Positions 21,501 to 30,145 of a stretch of DNA of 64,000 bases are shown here, piece after piece; position 1 is the first letter of the stretch, and each line of letters begins with the position of its first letter. Source of the stretch: a virus. The notes under the pieces are model-generated. The model had not been told where the DNA came from, ran no database searches, and saw nothing but the letters and a program-made list of their open reading frames with translations. Where the stretch lies: the IMG/VR virus record IMGVR_UViG_3300025669_000021, positions 37,416-101,415 of that record; one strand, given 5' to 3'. Made by a program: the position numbers and the translations under genes.

Positions 21501-24500
21501 AGTTTAAGCAAATCTTGGGACGTATCAAGCGGTCAGGCATGATAGAGCCAGACGAGAACGGTGTAGCGGCCGCGTCCTATATCATGCTCAAGCTTCCTTT
21601 AGAGTCTGAGAATCGTCCATTTGCCGTGATCAATCAGAAGATGAAGTCATTGAACGCTCTCACGACTGCCGGCGCCGATGCCGACCTAGACGTTAAAGCC
21701 GTAGACATATTGAACAAATACGGCAATCAAGCAGCTAGTGAGATGCTGTTTGAGGATGATGAGCTAACCGACAAGCTTAGAATGAGCTCTGACGTCAACA
21801 TGAACGAGGAGGGAGGATTACTTGCCGCCAACCAACGCCTAGTATTGAAGTTCACCGGCCGATTGGCCCTCCTGACCAATAAAGAGCAAGCCGAGGTATG
21901 GGAAGATCTGCTGGTCAAGTACAACGAGATCGTGGCCCTAGAGAAGTCCACTGGTCAGTATGACCTGGAAGTAGCCGTCCATGATGACTGGGATGCCGAA
22001 CTGGTAGATGAGGCTGTATTGGAAGAGGGCGAGGATTCGTCATCGATCTTTACATCTGACGTTGTGCTCTCCCAGTACGACATCAAAGATACCCGCAAGC
22101 CACCATCTCTTGAAGAGGTACAGTCTGCGTACAATGAGAGCTTTGGTCCTGATTCTCGGCCACACGTAGTAAAGAAGGGACTGATTGATTCTCTCAACGA
22201 GGCCAGCGCAAAGGCCATAGGCGAAGAACCAGCGTTTGAGGCAGAGAAGAAAGCAGTTGCGGAGCCCGTAGTTGAAACAGAAGAAGGTGAAGATGCTCCT
22301 GCCGAGAAGAAAGAGCCCAAAGGCCCAGTAGAATCTGCCGAACACAAGAACTACGTTAAGAAGAAGGAATTGGCAGATCAAGTGCGGGAGAACATGAATG
22401 ATCTCCTTAGCTTCACCTTCAAGCATATTGGTAAAGGAGTCCTGATAGAGGTAGGGGATGAATCATACGAAGGCGTTATTACGAGCATCACCCATAAGCC
22501 TACCAAGAAGGGTATTCCTGGCCGAGCGAGTAAGTACAGAATAGAAGTGATGATCAACAGTCCTCTCCGAAAGCTGGTGCTTCCTCTTAGCAAGATCCAG
22601 AATGGAGACGTCACCCTGTCGGATATCCCGGGCAATCAAAGCCTTTCGGATACATTCTCAGAAGATCATAGGACTGCAGAGAACCGTGTCAGACGCTATG
22701 TGATGACTGGCAACGTGATGAGGGCTATCCCACTTACCGAGGGAAAGGGAAGTATAGTCACCTTCCGTAACGATAAAGAGCAGGACATCCTGGGATTGCT
22801 TATGCCCCAATCATGGAGCCCATCTCAGCTAGGCCGTGATCCTCGCAATGAACTGAATAGCGGCGAGGCAGTGCGTATATGGATGGAGAAATATGCTCAT
22901 ACCAGTGACAATGTGTCTACTGGCGGCGATCTTGTCATCCAAAAGCAATATGATGACCGATACACCGTAAATGTTCCTGCCAGCAAGAACGGTCAGAAGT
23001 ATTACTTGGATCAGGGCCTATTGGAGATTACCGGAGAATTCAATAAGTCATCTAAGCGGCAACTGGTAAGAGTCGACAAAGAAACCATGGAGAAGGTTGC
23101 GAACTATGTCATTAACGAGATGAAGGAGAACTTTGTCCCTAACCGTCTCGATCCTAAACAGATCGATGACGCTAATGGCCGCGCTCCTGCCGATGGTGGT
23201 GTTGCAGCGACTTCTGGTCAGACCGAGCAGGGGGCTTCGAAGAAAAAGAAGAAGAAGGAATCCCAAACTCCGCGGATAGACCCGGACCCAATAAAGGGCC
23301 AAAAGCCGAAGAATGTTAGACAGGCGGTTTTGGATCTCACCAACGCTCTTGGTAAAAAGATATATAACTCCAAAGTGCCCAAGAAGTTTGCAGGGGTTTA
23401 CTATACTGATACGGGAAATATATCTATCAAGGCCACGGACCATCTGGATACGATCGCCCATGAGATCGCGCACAGCCTGGATGACCGGTACGGCATTGTT
23501 GCTGAATGGGCTGGTAATTATGATAAGTCTCCTTTTGATGAAGAACTAAGGCACCTATGGGTCTATGGCTCAGTTACGAAGACAGGAGCCCGGGCTAAGT
23601 TGATTTACAAACGTGCCGAGGGTGTTGCCGAATGGGTCCGTGCCTATATAATGAATCCAGAGGAGGCAAAAGCTCTTGCCCCGAAGTTCCATGACTTCAT
23701 CAAGGAAAAGGTTCCCAAGGAAGCATGGGACGCCATAGAGCAATTCTCCGTTGACGTCAGAGTTCTTGCTGGAGCAACAGGTGAGGAGAAGGTTCTTGCC
23801 AGGATTACCACTCCAGAAGATAAGGAAGGTTTCCTTTCCAGGCTAAGAAACGGAAAACGTGGCCCACTAGACATGACCTTGTGGGATAAGTTCAGTCAGA
23901 CCTTTATCGACAGTAGAACTATGTCTAATAAGGCTTTTGCTCTGGCTTCTGATATCCAGGGTGGCGTTCTTCCGGACGATGACCCCAGGCTTATGGCTAA
24001 TATATACCTTGGGATCATTTCAAAGATTGAAGATGTCTTCGACACTGGAATGATAAACCATGAGGGAGTAAAGCTGCGCTCTTCTGACGGCCAGCTAATG
24101 AATCTTAAATGGCTCTACTCTGCTCTTGATAATACGTCCGAAGAGACTATTGCGGCCGAGGCTAAAGCTACTACAGCATTTATGATTGCCCAGCGTACTA
24201 TTGAAAAGTCGGCAATATTGGGTAAGCGCGTCATATCGGGAATAGGATCAGGGATAGGATCTGATGTAGATGTTGCAAGGCAGACTATAGAGGAATTAGA
24301 GGAAGATCCAAAGAAGGCAAAGAGAGTAAAGGAAGCTGCCCGTAGATACCGTGAATTCGCTGACTCCATTCTCCGCTACATGGTAGACAAGGGACGAATG
24401 AGCGAAAAGGATTACGACAAGATCAAGGAACAGAACGAATACTATGTTGCCATGCACAGAGTAATGGAAATCAGTACGGTAGATCCGGTCGTGTTCTTCA

Positions 24501-26287
24501 AGCCGGCCAGAGGTGGTGGGGATCGTATTGGAAATATAATCATGCCGGGGAGTCTCAAGAAATTCAAAGGGTCCGATAAGATGCTAGAGGATCCTTACCC
24601 CGCACTGATGGATACATTGGTAAAGGGAATGAGAGAGGCTGATCGTAATGAGATTATGTTGTTCTTCCGAAATCTCCTAGTTTCTGACAGAAACGGTCTT
24701 TATTCTCCAGGGCTAGATAAGGCAGAGCGGTTATCTGATATAGGTCACAAAGTATCACTGCAAGATACTGGGAACACTATTGATATATGGGTTGACGGCA
24801 AGAAAGAGAGATGGCAGTTCCCGAATGAAGACGTATATAAGTCGTTAAAGGGACTATGCGAGGCTCCTACTCCGTACAAGGCTTGGGCAACGATATCAGG
24901 AAAGATGCTCCGTGCTGGTATCATTAATATGCCACAGTTTGCTATCCGTAATGTGATACGTGACTTCCAGCATAGACTCCAAGTTTCGGATGCCGACCTG
25001 ATGACATCGCTAAAGAACACATTCAAGCTATACGGGCCGCAGGATGTATCAGACCTGATGACGTTTGGCGGTGACATGGCTGGTCCTTATCTTCGTAGCA
25101 AGGCTGACTATATCCGGTCCATTGAGGCCGCAATGCGTGAAGTTGCCGCAGATCCTAATGCGATCCTGGTCAATCCGGTTGAACTAGCCAAATTCGCAGC
25201 CGGTAAGTACAAGAAACTTATGGAGTCTTCCGAGCGGATAGGTCGTATTGCAGAGTTCAAGTCTTCCTATGCCTACGCTAGGGAAAAGCTGGGATACACC
25301 AAATATCAAGCTCAGTTGTACGCCGGGGATAAGGCCAGGGGATTGATCGACTTTGCCGTTATGGGTACATGGATTAGGGAAATCAACTCTCTAATTCCTT
25401 TTACTGGGGCAGCAGTCCGAGGGCTAGTAGTGACCGCGGAAGCATTTAAGAAGAACAAGAAGCGATTCACGATGATCTGGGCCCTGACGTCTCTATTGCC
25501 GTCTATCCTGGCGCGGCTAATGGCATCGGCTACTGGTGATGATGAGGAGTACCAGCAGTTGCCTCCGTATCTAAGGGATATGTTCTTCAACTTCAAGGTT
25601 GGGCCTAATACATGGCTCCGGATACCGAAGAACTTTGAAATGGGAGTCCTTGGCGCTATTGGTGATCGCATGGTTGATCAAATGATGGGAAATAAGAACG
25701 CCTGGGAAGGATATATGGGATCAGTGGCAAAAGGATTTTTGCCAGTCGACGAGACAGCCGTAGCCGGGGCTGGATTATTGAAGGGGATAGCAGAGGTTAG
25801 ATCTAACTATGATTGGTTCCGGGATAAGAACATCATTCCTACCGATGAAAAAGACAGTTTACTTGAATTTCGTCACACAGAACGGGGATCTCGGCTTGGT
25901 CAGGCGCTCCAGAAGATCATAGGAGTGGATTCTCGGAACGTCGACCACTTAATGAGGGCTACATTCGGGATTGCCGGTAGTACGGCTGTAAGACTATCTA
26001 ACGCGGGTAGGAAGGATAAGCAGGGCCCCGGGCTAAAGGAGTTGGGCGTGTTCACATCCTCACCAGCATACGAGGCCATGGATGTCCAATGGGTGCAGAC
26101 CCAAGCTAAAGAGCTTGGAGTATTCCATAGAAGGGACTACAAAGGGCTCCAGGACACGATATCGCAATACTTTGAAGCTCGTAGTGGCGCCCGAAGAGAT
26201 TTGTTGGCAAAAAGAGTCAGACGTGAAGCGCGTAGGATTCGTAGAAATTGGGAGAGAGTCCCACCAAGAGTAAGTAAGAGGAGATAG
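15593..26287 (+). CDS. Giant polyvalent (DarB-like) virion protein: adenine MTase + Strawberry-notch SF2 helicase + HExxH zincin-like + LPD38-like C-terminus
   Basis: YSTP, EPTAGMG, NPPF (MTase); DETGIGKG, DESH, SAT, STGISLHA, QILGRIKR (helicase); HEIAH...E; RIPK.FE.G and N.DWF....I (LPD38). Confidence 0.85.
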   Translation: MANGLLDPDQELAFIKSLDDETAPVDGAGAFRPPEVDDPPEEETLDGKKELFWLENLDQEIRQESVKELKAKGQTAILGKSKARMPFGEKLRRSFSGEPFGADVTPVEGAIAYLSPVARTNKRLELNEIREKLSRTAGAESVEDELALYSKNFEGWSDGDLFQYVHGSTEIPPDRVIDREQTIRTSLERDKQMLERLTAFDQELEERDGPLSENAPTVMKLNNLLEDGVFGAIDMIPYMIKMAAGPVGVFVEAMTQFDERLHGEGKINEDGRYEITKEQAGVFEAAWKSILSAGAEYYIEKKVGSQLKLLGGKKGAQRFLSAGMQESIEKLSKKMVGKSFGKTGTKLSELTGAKILQGFNPANLFEEIIVEEGLQAVWDAAWNLDNMVDPENPDRKLDFAERQALALSSFAKSIPEMAISFSLFGIGGQGANKLSSIRTRSAQKKYLTELGLEPERQKQIMDEKDPKNRGEMLLQEILSRHLRAEAFGVPFPFAQDKESLNNRLEDAEKLFKFGTEKAPPSVMDQLSVRAKLATIKAGLPAEGKEGEQPADQPSKTPIEPPAPKDETPIPPEDQPPIEEDDETPETGPKGQDLVDTFTDENGIIFERFEGPDGTSTMIQRDPENKDPIQVIKGDKDVILKRYTEQIDKIKKIEEKPPVDTKAVKAKYLDDYVSYLMDDSQDKPPAEPDISEMSLNNLRRQAKEIALDRKRKDEKPPEDKKPPKEKKTATDEIEDIDIDDLDDLLDEADEGEAPAETPTPPPPRDDRPPVDDNRPPVDRPPAEAGEVSNDNVDKLKDLFPGLGAPTQLGSPAGAEKEPAFSKEKYAAATPVFVSSIKDMSAGGKTLKDFLSWAIKSFGSDIKPYLKQFVVDVKAGKINLKEEDKADTPPPPPPGPQDNTTRIRALILSDASMQQKSADMKKMARELDISDKAVQEMVEAELVRMARKIIVANDTKPGNTDAQTMKDLIALYEKQPIFSARSSGSVSRQAYSTPLPLAFAIERMIDAKNGSKVYEPTAGMGALVIDVDPKKVDVNEIDSVRVQELKKNGYNQVTSNDASLQPPADRLKSYDKVIMNPPFGTRKDGAMRWNGFRITQLDHEIALRTLDQMTDNGQAAIILGASLHQSDELTRKDRALLNAIMNNFNVVDNFEVSGDLYRKQGASFPTRVLIISGRKPATEEQLAPKKVDRLNTWREIEDRIEGNKNESKRIRDIVESERRSKTTDGPGEGGEPPQGPRRIPESTGEPPIPTDTGVDRGGDTGGSEDAGGSSDERTDGTRHSKRKKPPLPETISESEHRKRRESDSGVEKGRRGGTTARDKHDFVRRGEPRDHRVDPLKVPGENDIVNIDEFTSTYVPFSRAPGLDTVSPRYMALPMFRAMKELTDQVGDLDYYLVDKLGYDNVQHLWDGDNERSTAGLAAEQIDSIAQTIYQIEANKAGMIVADETGIGKGRQAAALMRYAIREGKMPVFFTATPKLFSDMYGDLQDIDTTLSPLLVGSQGKAEVKDVDDKVIVAYEAKQKQIMKRYLDGDEDALKEFDSIFATYSQINAADNIQQRFFQALSERDDVFFIMDESHKGAGQTSTTGVYLRGGETEKKDPQTKETIKTEYPGALRSDGVSGVTYLSATYAKNPQAMGLYFWTDISKAANTPEDLEFIFENGGVPIQQVSSAALAETGQLVRREKSFDGVKFEQEDIKMDERERAELIADVDEVTSILGDIVDYSNRAIDVMGTLPDYLVKKRNSVQTQLQTTTFASVVHNKIAQLMYSMKLKYAVEEAIATHKRGEKPVLAVVNTMESFLEDYVRKNHLSEGDTVDVNFADTLKTALDRTMRASVEGPTGDNEHIEFTPEQLGMRSEYDELMADIDALELDLPASPIDWLRHELEKADISTGELTGRSLMLEYQDDGTAILRSRTPKERADKNGPTNAFNRGDIDAIILNKSGSTGISLHAAEKFDDHKKRRMIVVDAHPDINEFKQILGRIKRSGMIEPDENGVAAASYIMLKLPLESENRPFAVINQKMKSLNALTTAGADADLDVKAVDILNKYGNQAASEMLFEDDELTDKLRMSSDVNMNEEGGLLAANQRLVLKFTGRLALLTNKEQAEVWEDLLVKYNEIVALEKSTGQYDLEVAVHDDWDAELVDEAVLEEGEDSSSIFTSDVVLSQYDIKDTRKPPSLEEVQSAYNESFGPDSRPHVVKKGLIDSLNEASAKAIGEEPAFEAEKKAVAEPVVETEEGEDAPAEKKEPKGPVESAEHKNYVKKKELADQVRENMNDLLSFTFKHIGKGVLIEVGDESYEGVITSITHKPTKKGIPGRASKYRIEVMINSPLRKLVLPLSKIQNGDVTLSDIPGNQSLSDTFSEDHRTAENRVRRYVMTGNVMRAIPLTEGKGSIVTFRNDKEQDILGLLMPQSWSPSQLGRDPRNELNSGEAVRIWMEKYAHTSDNVSTGGDLVIQKQYDDRYTVNVPASKNGQKYYLDQGLLEITGEFNKSSKRQLVRVDKETMEKVANYVINEMKENFVPNRLDPKQIDDANGRAPADGGVAATSGQTEQGASKKKKKKESQTPRIDPDPIKGQKPKNVRQAVLDLTNALGKKIYNSKVPKKFAGVYYTDTGNISIKATDHLDTIAHEIAHSLDDRYGIVAEWAGNYDKSPFDEELRHLWVYGSVTKTGARAKLIYKRAEGVAEWVRAYIMNPEEAKALAPKFHDFIKEKVPKEAWDAIEQFSVDVRVLAGATGEEKVLARITTPEDKEGFLSRLRNGKRGPLDMTLWDKFSQTFIDSRTMSNKAFALASDIQGGVLPDDDPRLMANIYLGIISKIEDVFDTGMINHEGVKLRSSDGQLMNLKWLYSALDNTSEETIAAEAKATTAFMIAQRTIEKSAILGKRVISGIGSGIGSDVDVARQTIEELEEDPKKAKRVKEAARRYREFADSILRYMVDKGRMSEKDYDKIKEQNEYYVAMHRVMEISTVDPVVFFKPARGGGDRIGNIIMPGSLKKFKGSDKMLEDPYPALMDTLVKGMREADRNEIMLFFRNLLVSDRNGLYSPGLDKAERLSDIGHKVSLQDTGNTIDIWVDGKKERWQFPNEDVYKSLKGLCEAPTPYKAWATISGKMLRAGIINMPQFAIRNVIRDFQHRLQVSDADLMTSLKNTFKLYGPQDVSDLMTFGGDMAGPYLRSKADYIRSIEAAMREVAADPNAILVNPVELAKFAAGKYKKLMESSERIGRIAEFKSSYAYAREKLGYTKYQAQLYAGDKARGLIDFAVMGTWIREINSLIPFTGAAVRGLVVTAEAFKKNKKRFTMIWALTSLLPSILARLMASATGDDEEYQQLPPYLRDMFFNFKVGPNTWLRIPKNFEMGVLGAIGDRMVDQMMGNKNAWEGYMGSVAKGFLPVDETAVAGAGLLKGIAEVRSNYDWFRDKNIIPTDEKDSLLEFRHTERGSRLGQALQKIIGVDSRNVDHLMRATFGIAGSTAVRLSNAGRKDKQGPGLKELGVFTSSPAYEAMDVQWVQTQAKELGVFHRRDYKGLQDTISQYFEARSGARRDLLAKRVRREARRIRRNWERVPPRVSKRR

Positions 26288-26292
26288 GCAGC

Positions 26293-26664
26293 ATGAAGAA
26301 GTTCAAAATAGCATCGTGTATAGCGGGTAGCGTTCTTTTGGTCAGTATTGCAATGGCTGGCGGGTTCAAGGGTCTGATAAGTGGGTCATTCACTGGCACG
26401 ACCAACAGATTCACGTACAAAAGCAGCAGTCCTGCAGGGATCTCTGCTGTCAGGTTGTACCCGAATGTACCAGCAGCTACATCAATCAGCTTCTCTAACA
26501 CCGGGGAACTGTCGACAACCCTTAACTCTGTCACAAATGCGCCTGGGGCAACCTACACCGATGGATCTTGTCCGTATCAGCTAAAGCAGGGCGGCTATAT
26601 AGACATGAATTCCGCAAGTCCAGCGGTTACTACTTGGTACACGATACATCTGAAAGCTTTGTAA
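26293..26664 (+). CDS. Small signal-peptide-bearing beta-rich protein
   Basis: MKKFK...VSIAMA|GGF; resembles 45705..46127. Confidence 0.65.
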   Translation: MKKFKIASCIAGSVLLVSIAMAGGFKGLISGSFTGTTNRFTYKSSSPAGISAVRLYPNVPAATSISFSNTGELSTTLNSVTNAPGATYTDGSCPYQLKQGGYIDMNSASPAVTTWYTIHLKAL

Positions 26665-26898
26665 GGGGAACATACCCAGTTCTCCTTCCTCGCGGTGGCT
26701 CTGACAGGTTCTTTGTTGGTTCTCTCCTGTCATCCACCGTTTGCTTTCCTAACAGCCCAGGCAAGCCGCCTACCAGCACTCACCCGCGACGATCCCTCCC
26801 CCTACCTGTGGGATGATACACCACTGCTCCGTAAGAGCGAAGCCGATAGCGCATCCATGGACGCATTTAGACGGAAATAACTTTGTTTGAATAAAACC

Positions 26899-26927
26899 TT
26901 GCATAGTTCAACGAGTCCCGTTATCTT
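26899..26927 (+). promoter_or_regulatory. Sigma70-type promoter giving a leaderless mRNA for the methylase-integrase operon
   Basis: TTGCAT-N17-TATCTT, then 7 nt to ATG 26935 with no RBS. Confidence 0.55.
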
Positions 26928-26934
26928 TCAACAC

Positions 26935-27849
26935 ATGATTGATGTACGACAAGGTGACGCTTTAGAAGTCCTCAAGACACTGCAAGACGAGTCAATTAAC
27001 TGCTGTGTGACATCTCCTCCCTATTGGGGCCTACGCGACTACGGAGTTAAAGGTCAGCTTGGATTAGAGGATACGCCAGAGGAGTACGTAGAGAAGTTGG
27101 TAGCTGTATTTCGAGAGGTCAAGAGAGTGCTGCGAGATGATGGGACTTGTTGGTTAAACCTTGGCGATACCTATGCCACAGGGACACGGGCAGCTAGGAA
27201 GCCGAGCACCGGAGTTCTGGCCCACCACACGGCCCAGGATACAACTAGGGTAGGTACTCCAAAGGGATTAAAAACCAAGGATCTGGTAGGCATCCCTTGG
27301 AGAGTGGCTTTCGCGTTGCAAGCAGATGGTTGGTATCTTAGGCAGGACATCATCTGGCACAAGCCGAACCCGATGCCAGAGAGCGTGACCGACCGATGCA
27401 CGAAGTCGCATGAGTATATCTTCCTGCTCACAAAGTCCGTCAAGTATTGGTATGACCATGAGGCGATTAAGGAACCTGCGAAATGGGAGAGGTGGGGCGA
27501 CCAAACAGAAAACAAGACGCACACTGGAACGGCAGGGCATCTTGGTGGCAAGAAAAAGTCTGAACTGCCAATCAAGGACACCAAAAATAAACGCTCGGTC
27601 TGGACCGTCGCCACCAAGCCGTACTCAGAAGCCCACTTCGCCACATTCCCTCCGGACCTGATACGTCCATGTATATTGGCAGGATGTCCACGAAACGGCA
27701 CCGTGATAGACCCGTTTGGGGGCTCTGGCACCACGGCTCAAGTATCAGAGGAAGAGGGCAGGAATAGCGTTATGATTGAGCTAAACCCTTAATATGTGGA
27801 ATTGATCAAGAAACGTACCTCGCAGATTCAGCCCGGGTTAGGACTATGA
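26935..27849 (+). pseudogene. Site-specific DNA methyltransferase (N4-C/N6-A, beta class) interrupted by an in-frame TAA at 27790-27792
   Basis: TSPPYW, HFATFP, DPFGGSGTT motifs; IELNP-TAA-YVELIKKR continues in frame to TGA 27847-27849, which overlaps the integrase ATG. Confidence 0.8.
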
Positions 27850-28973
27850 GGCAAGCAAAGATCTCTCAACGCAAGCGCGGTGATTGGATGATCGACTTTG
27901 GCGTGATCGATGGCCGGCGCCGACAGTTCACCGCAAAGTCTCGAGTATTGGCCGTAGCCAAGGCCAAGGAGAAAGAGTCCATTCTTCTAAAGGCAGGGAT
28001 CAACGCTATCGATCTCACCGCGGCACAGCTTTCGGAGGCAAGCCACGTATTCAGAGCAATGAAAGAATCCTACAACGATGTATCATTGACCGAACTGTTT
28101 GAGTATTTCAGGTCTAGGCACTTCCCTGACAATAGGCCAGTCCGTGTAGTTTATGATGAATACCTGAAATCCCAGGCTGATAAAGGCCTCCGACCATCCT
28201 CTCTTGCGTCCTGCAGGAACGTGCTATCTCCTTTCGTAGCGTATTTCAGCAAGCATCAGATTGACGAAATGGACACAAACACCGTTGATAAGTGGATAAG
28301 AGAGCGAGGATTCAGGTCAGCGGTGACCAAGACGAACATGATCAACTACCTTTCAGGCTTCTTCTCCTTTGCCATAAAGCGATCCTACATCTACTCTAAC
28401 CCCATTACCAACGTAGAGCGCCCCAGGCTCAAGACCAAGATGCCAAAGTTCATGGCCGTAGATGATGTTTCGAAGATGTTTGCCGCCGCCGAGTGTGTAT
28501 GCCCCGAGATCGTGCTGACCATGGCATTGGGCTTCTTCGCGGGGATACGCTCGGAAGAGCTACACCGGATGGATCGGGCCAGTATTCGAATGGAAGACGG
28601 TATAATCACTGTGGGGCCCGACATTGCCAAAACTGGGCACGTCCGACACATATCGATGTCCGAAAACCTGAAAGCCTGGATAGTGGCCTATATGCCAGAG
28701 GATCAATGGAAGATCACCGAGGGGCGTAGGGTATTCACAAGACAGCGTAAAGAGGTCCAAGCGGCTGCAGGAGTGGACGAATGGCCCCATAACGCTATGA
28801 GGCATACATTTGCCACGATGCACGTATCCTACCATCAAAACGCGGCCCTTACAGCTACGGAATTGGGCCATCATAGCCAGGATCTACTATACAGACACTA
28901 TCGAGGCCTCGCCACAAAGGAAGAAGCCTCTCAATACTGGGGAATTTCCCCAAAAGCGACAGGAGATGAATGA
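27846..28973 (+). CDS. int: Tyrosine recombinase / phage integrase
   Basis: GIRSEEL (R), AKTG (K), HNAMRHTFAT (HxxR), LGH, RHY catalytic set. Confidence 0.9.
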   Translation: MRQAKISQRKRGDWMIDFGVIDGRRRQFTAKSRVLAVAKAKEKESILLKAGINAIDLTAAQLSEASHVFRAMKESYNDVSLTELFEYFRSRHFPDNRPVRVVYDEYLKSQADKGLRPSSLASCRNVLSPFVAYFSKHQIDEMDTNTVDKWIRERGFRSAVTKTNMINYLSGFFSFAIKRSYIYSNPITNVERPRLKTKMPKFMAVDDVSKMFAAAECVCPEIVLTMALGFFAGIRSEELHRMDRASIRMEDGIITVGPDIAKTGHVRHISMSENLKAWIVAYMPEDQWKITEGRRVFTRQRKEVQAAAGVDEWPHNAMRHTFATMHVSYHQNAALTATELGHHSQDLLYRHYRGLATKEEASQYWGISPKATGDE

Positions 28974-29179
28974 TGAGCGAAATCACGCCACAACAAGCTG
29001 CAGACAAGGGATATAAAGTAATCAAGGCATCATGTTTCGAGGTCGGACTGGTCAAAGATGACAAAGGATTGATGTCTTGGTTCTGCCAAGACTTCGACCA
29101 CAAGTTGCCTGAACTGTCTCACCCTAAAATTATGGCTGCAGTGCGAGTGCAGGAATCGTTTGAACTGGGAGATGAATGA
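28970..29179 (+). CDS. Small hypothetical protein
   Basis: Translationally coupled ORF with a GGAG RBS. Confidence 0.55.
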   Translation: MMSEITPQQAADKGYKVIKASCFEVGLVKDDKGLMSWFCQDFDHKLPELSHPKIMAAVRVQESFELGDE

Positions 29180-29379
29180 TGTCGGGAGAAATTAGCAGGT
29201 CATACGAACATCCAGACGGACCACCACCACCAATGCCGAAGATTCCAAATCCGTTTGAGAAGAATAGGGACAAGATCGGGCACTGTTTGGAATGTGGAGA
29301 AACAATCCCGATGGGCTACTGGAATATGGGATCGCGGTTTTGTAATAATTGCCATGAGCCTACAGGAGAGGATGAATGA
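29176..29379 (+). CDS. Small zinc-ribbon protein
   Basis: CLEC...CNNC; coupled start. Confidence 0.5.
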   Translation: MMSGEISRSYEHPDGPPPPMPKIPNPFEKNRDKIGHCLECGETIPMGYWNMGSRFCNNCHEPTGEDE

Positions 29380-29654
29380 TGGCAGAAACAAAAGAACGGC
29401 CCCCTATGGTCTTCTGTTTCAGGTGCGGCCAGCAGTACAAAAGAAGCATTGATCAAACCAAGTATAAGACAATGTACTGTTTGGAATGCCAACTGAATAT
29501 GCACCAGGGACATGAGTTCAACGAAGAGATCAATCTGTTTAGCCACTATTCCATCCAAAAAGGATACAGGATTGAAGAGGGTTTCAGAATGATCCGAGAT
29601 GACTACACAGTAGTTGATTCATATTCGGACATAAATGATAGGTATATTGATTAA
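29376..29654 (+). CDS. Small zinc-ribbon protein
   Basis: CFRC...CLEC; coupled start. Confidence 0.5.
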   Translation: MMAETKERPPMVFCFRCGQQYKRSIDQTKYKTMYCLECQLNMHQGHEFNEEINLFSHYSIQKGYRIEEGFRMIRDDYTVVDSYSDINDRYID

Positions 29655-29741
29655 CAAAGTTGTTGACGTTCAAAGATGTATCGGGTAATAATATGAATTC
29701 CACAATGAAACCAACTACAAACAACCTATCGAGGAATTCCT

Positions 29742-30116
29742 TTGCTTAAAATAATCACAGCCACAGAGCTTTCTAAGAGGCTCACAGTGACAAAGTACCT
29801 GATCTCTTCTCTTGTCCAGAAAGGGGAGATTCCTTTCAAGCAGATCGGCCGTAGCGTGAAGTTCACGGAGCCCCAGATTGTTGCATGGCTCCTTGGCCTT
29901 CGCAAGGATGGTGAGTACGAGGAAGCTATAGACTCTGATTCTTCCTATACTGAGATCCCCTCCGACTGGATGAAGCCCCAGGAAGTTGCCGAGTGGCTTG
30001 GTGTATGCGTTGCCACCGTCAGGAATTACCGAAAGAGGGGTGTCATACCCTTCTATATGTTTACCCCGTCCGTCATTCGCTACCGTAAGGCAGAGCTTGA
30101 AGCGTGGGGAATGTAA
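29742..30116 (+). CDS. Tandem helix-turn-helix (excisionase/MerR-like) DNA-binding protein
   Basis: Two HTH_17-like units: ELSKRL.V...GEIPF..IGRSVKF and EVAEWLGV...TVRNY..RG.IPF....IRYRK. Confidence 0.75.
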   Translation: MLKIITATELSKRLTVTKYLISSLVQKGEIPFKQIGRSVKFTEPQIVAWLLGLRKDGEYEEAIDSDSSYTEIPSDWMKPQEVAEWLGVCVATVRNYRKRGVIPFYMFTPSVIRYRKAELEAWGM

Positions 30117-30145
30117 CCGTTGCGTCGAAACGACTATCTAGGAAT

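Noticed and set aside
26695-26880. 61-aa ORF in the gap after the structural module
   Set aside because: No RBS, atypical composition, overlaps a hairpin; probably non-coding
27790-27792. Stop-codon reassignment suggested by the in-frame TAA
   Set aside because: TAA, TAG and TGA all terminate many genes at sensible coupled junctions, and the 3564-aa ORF is intact in the standard code
29663-29694. Promoter TTGACG upstream of the tandem HTH gene
   Set aside because: Good -35 in an AT-rich gap, but no -10 at convincing spacing; plausible but not called
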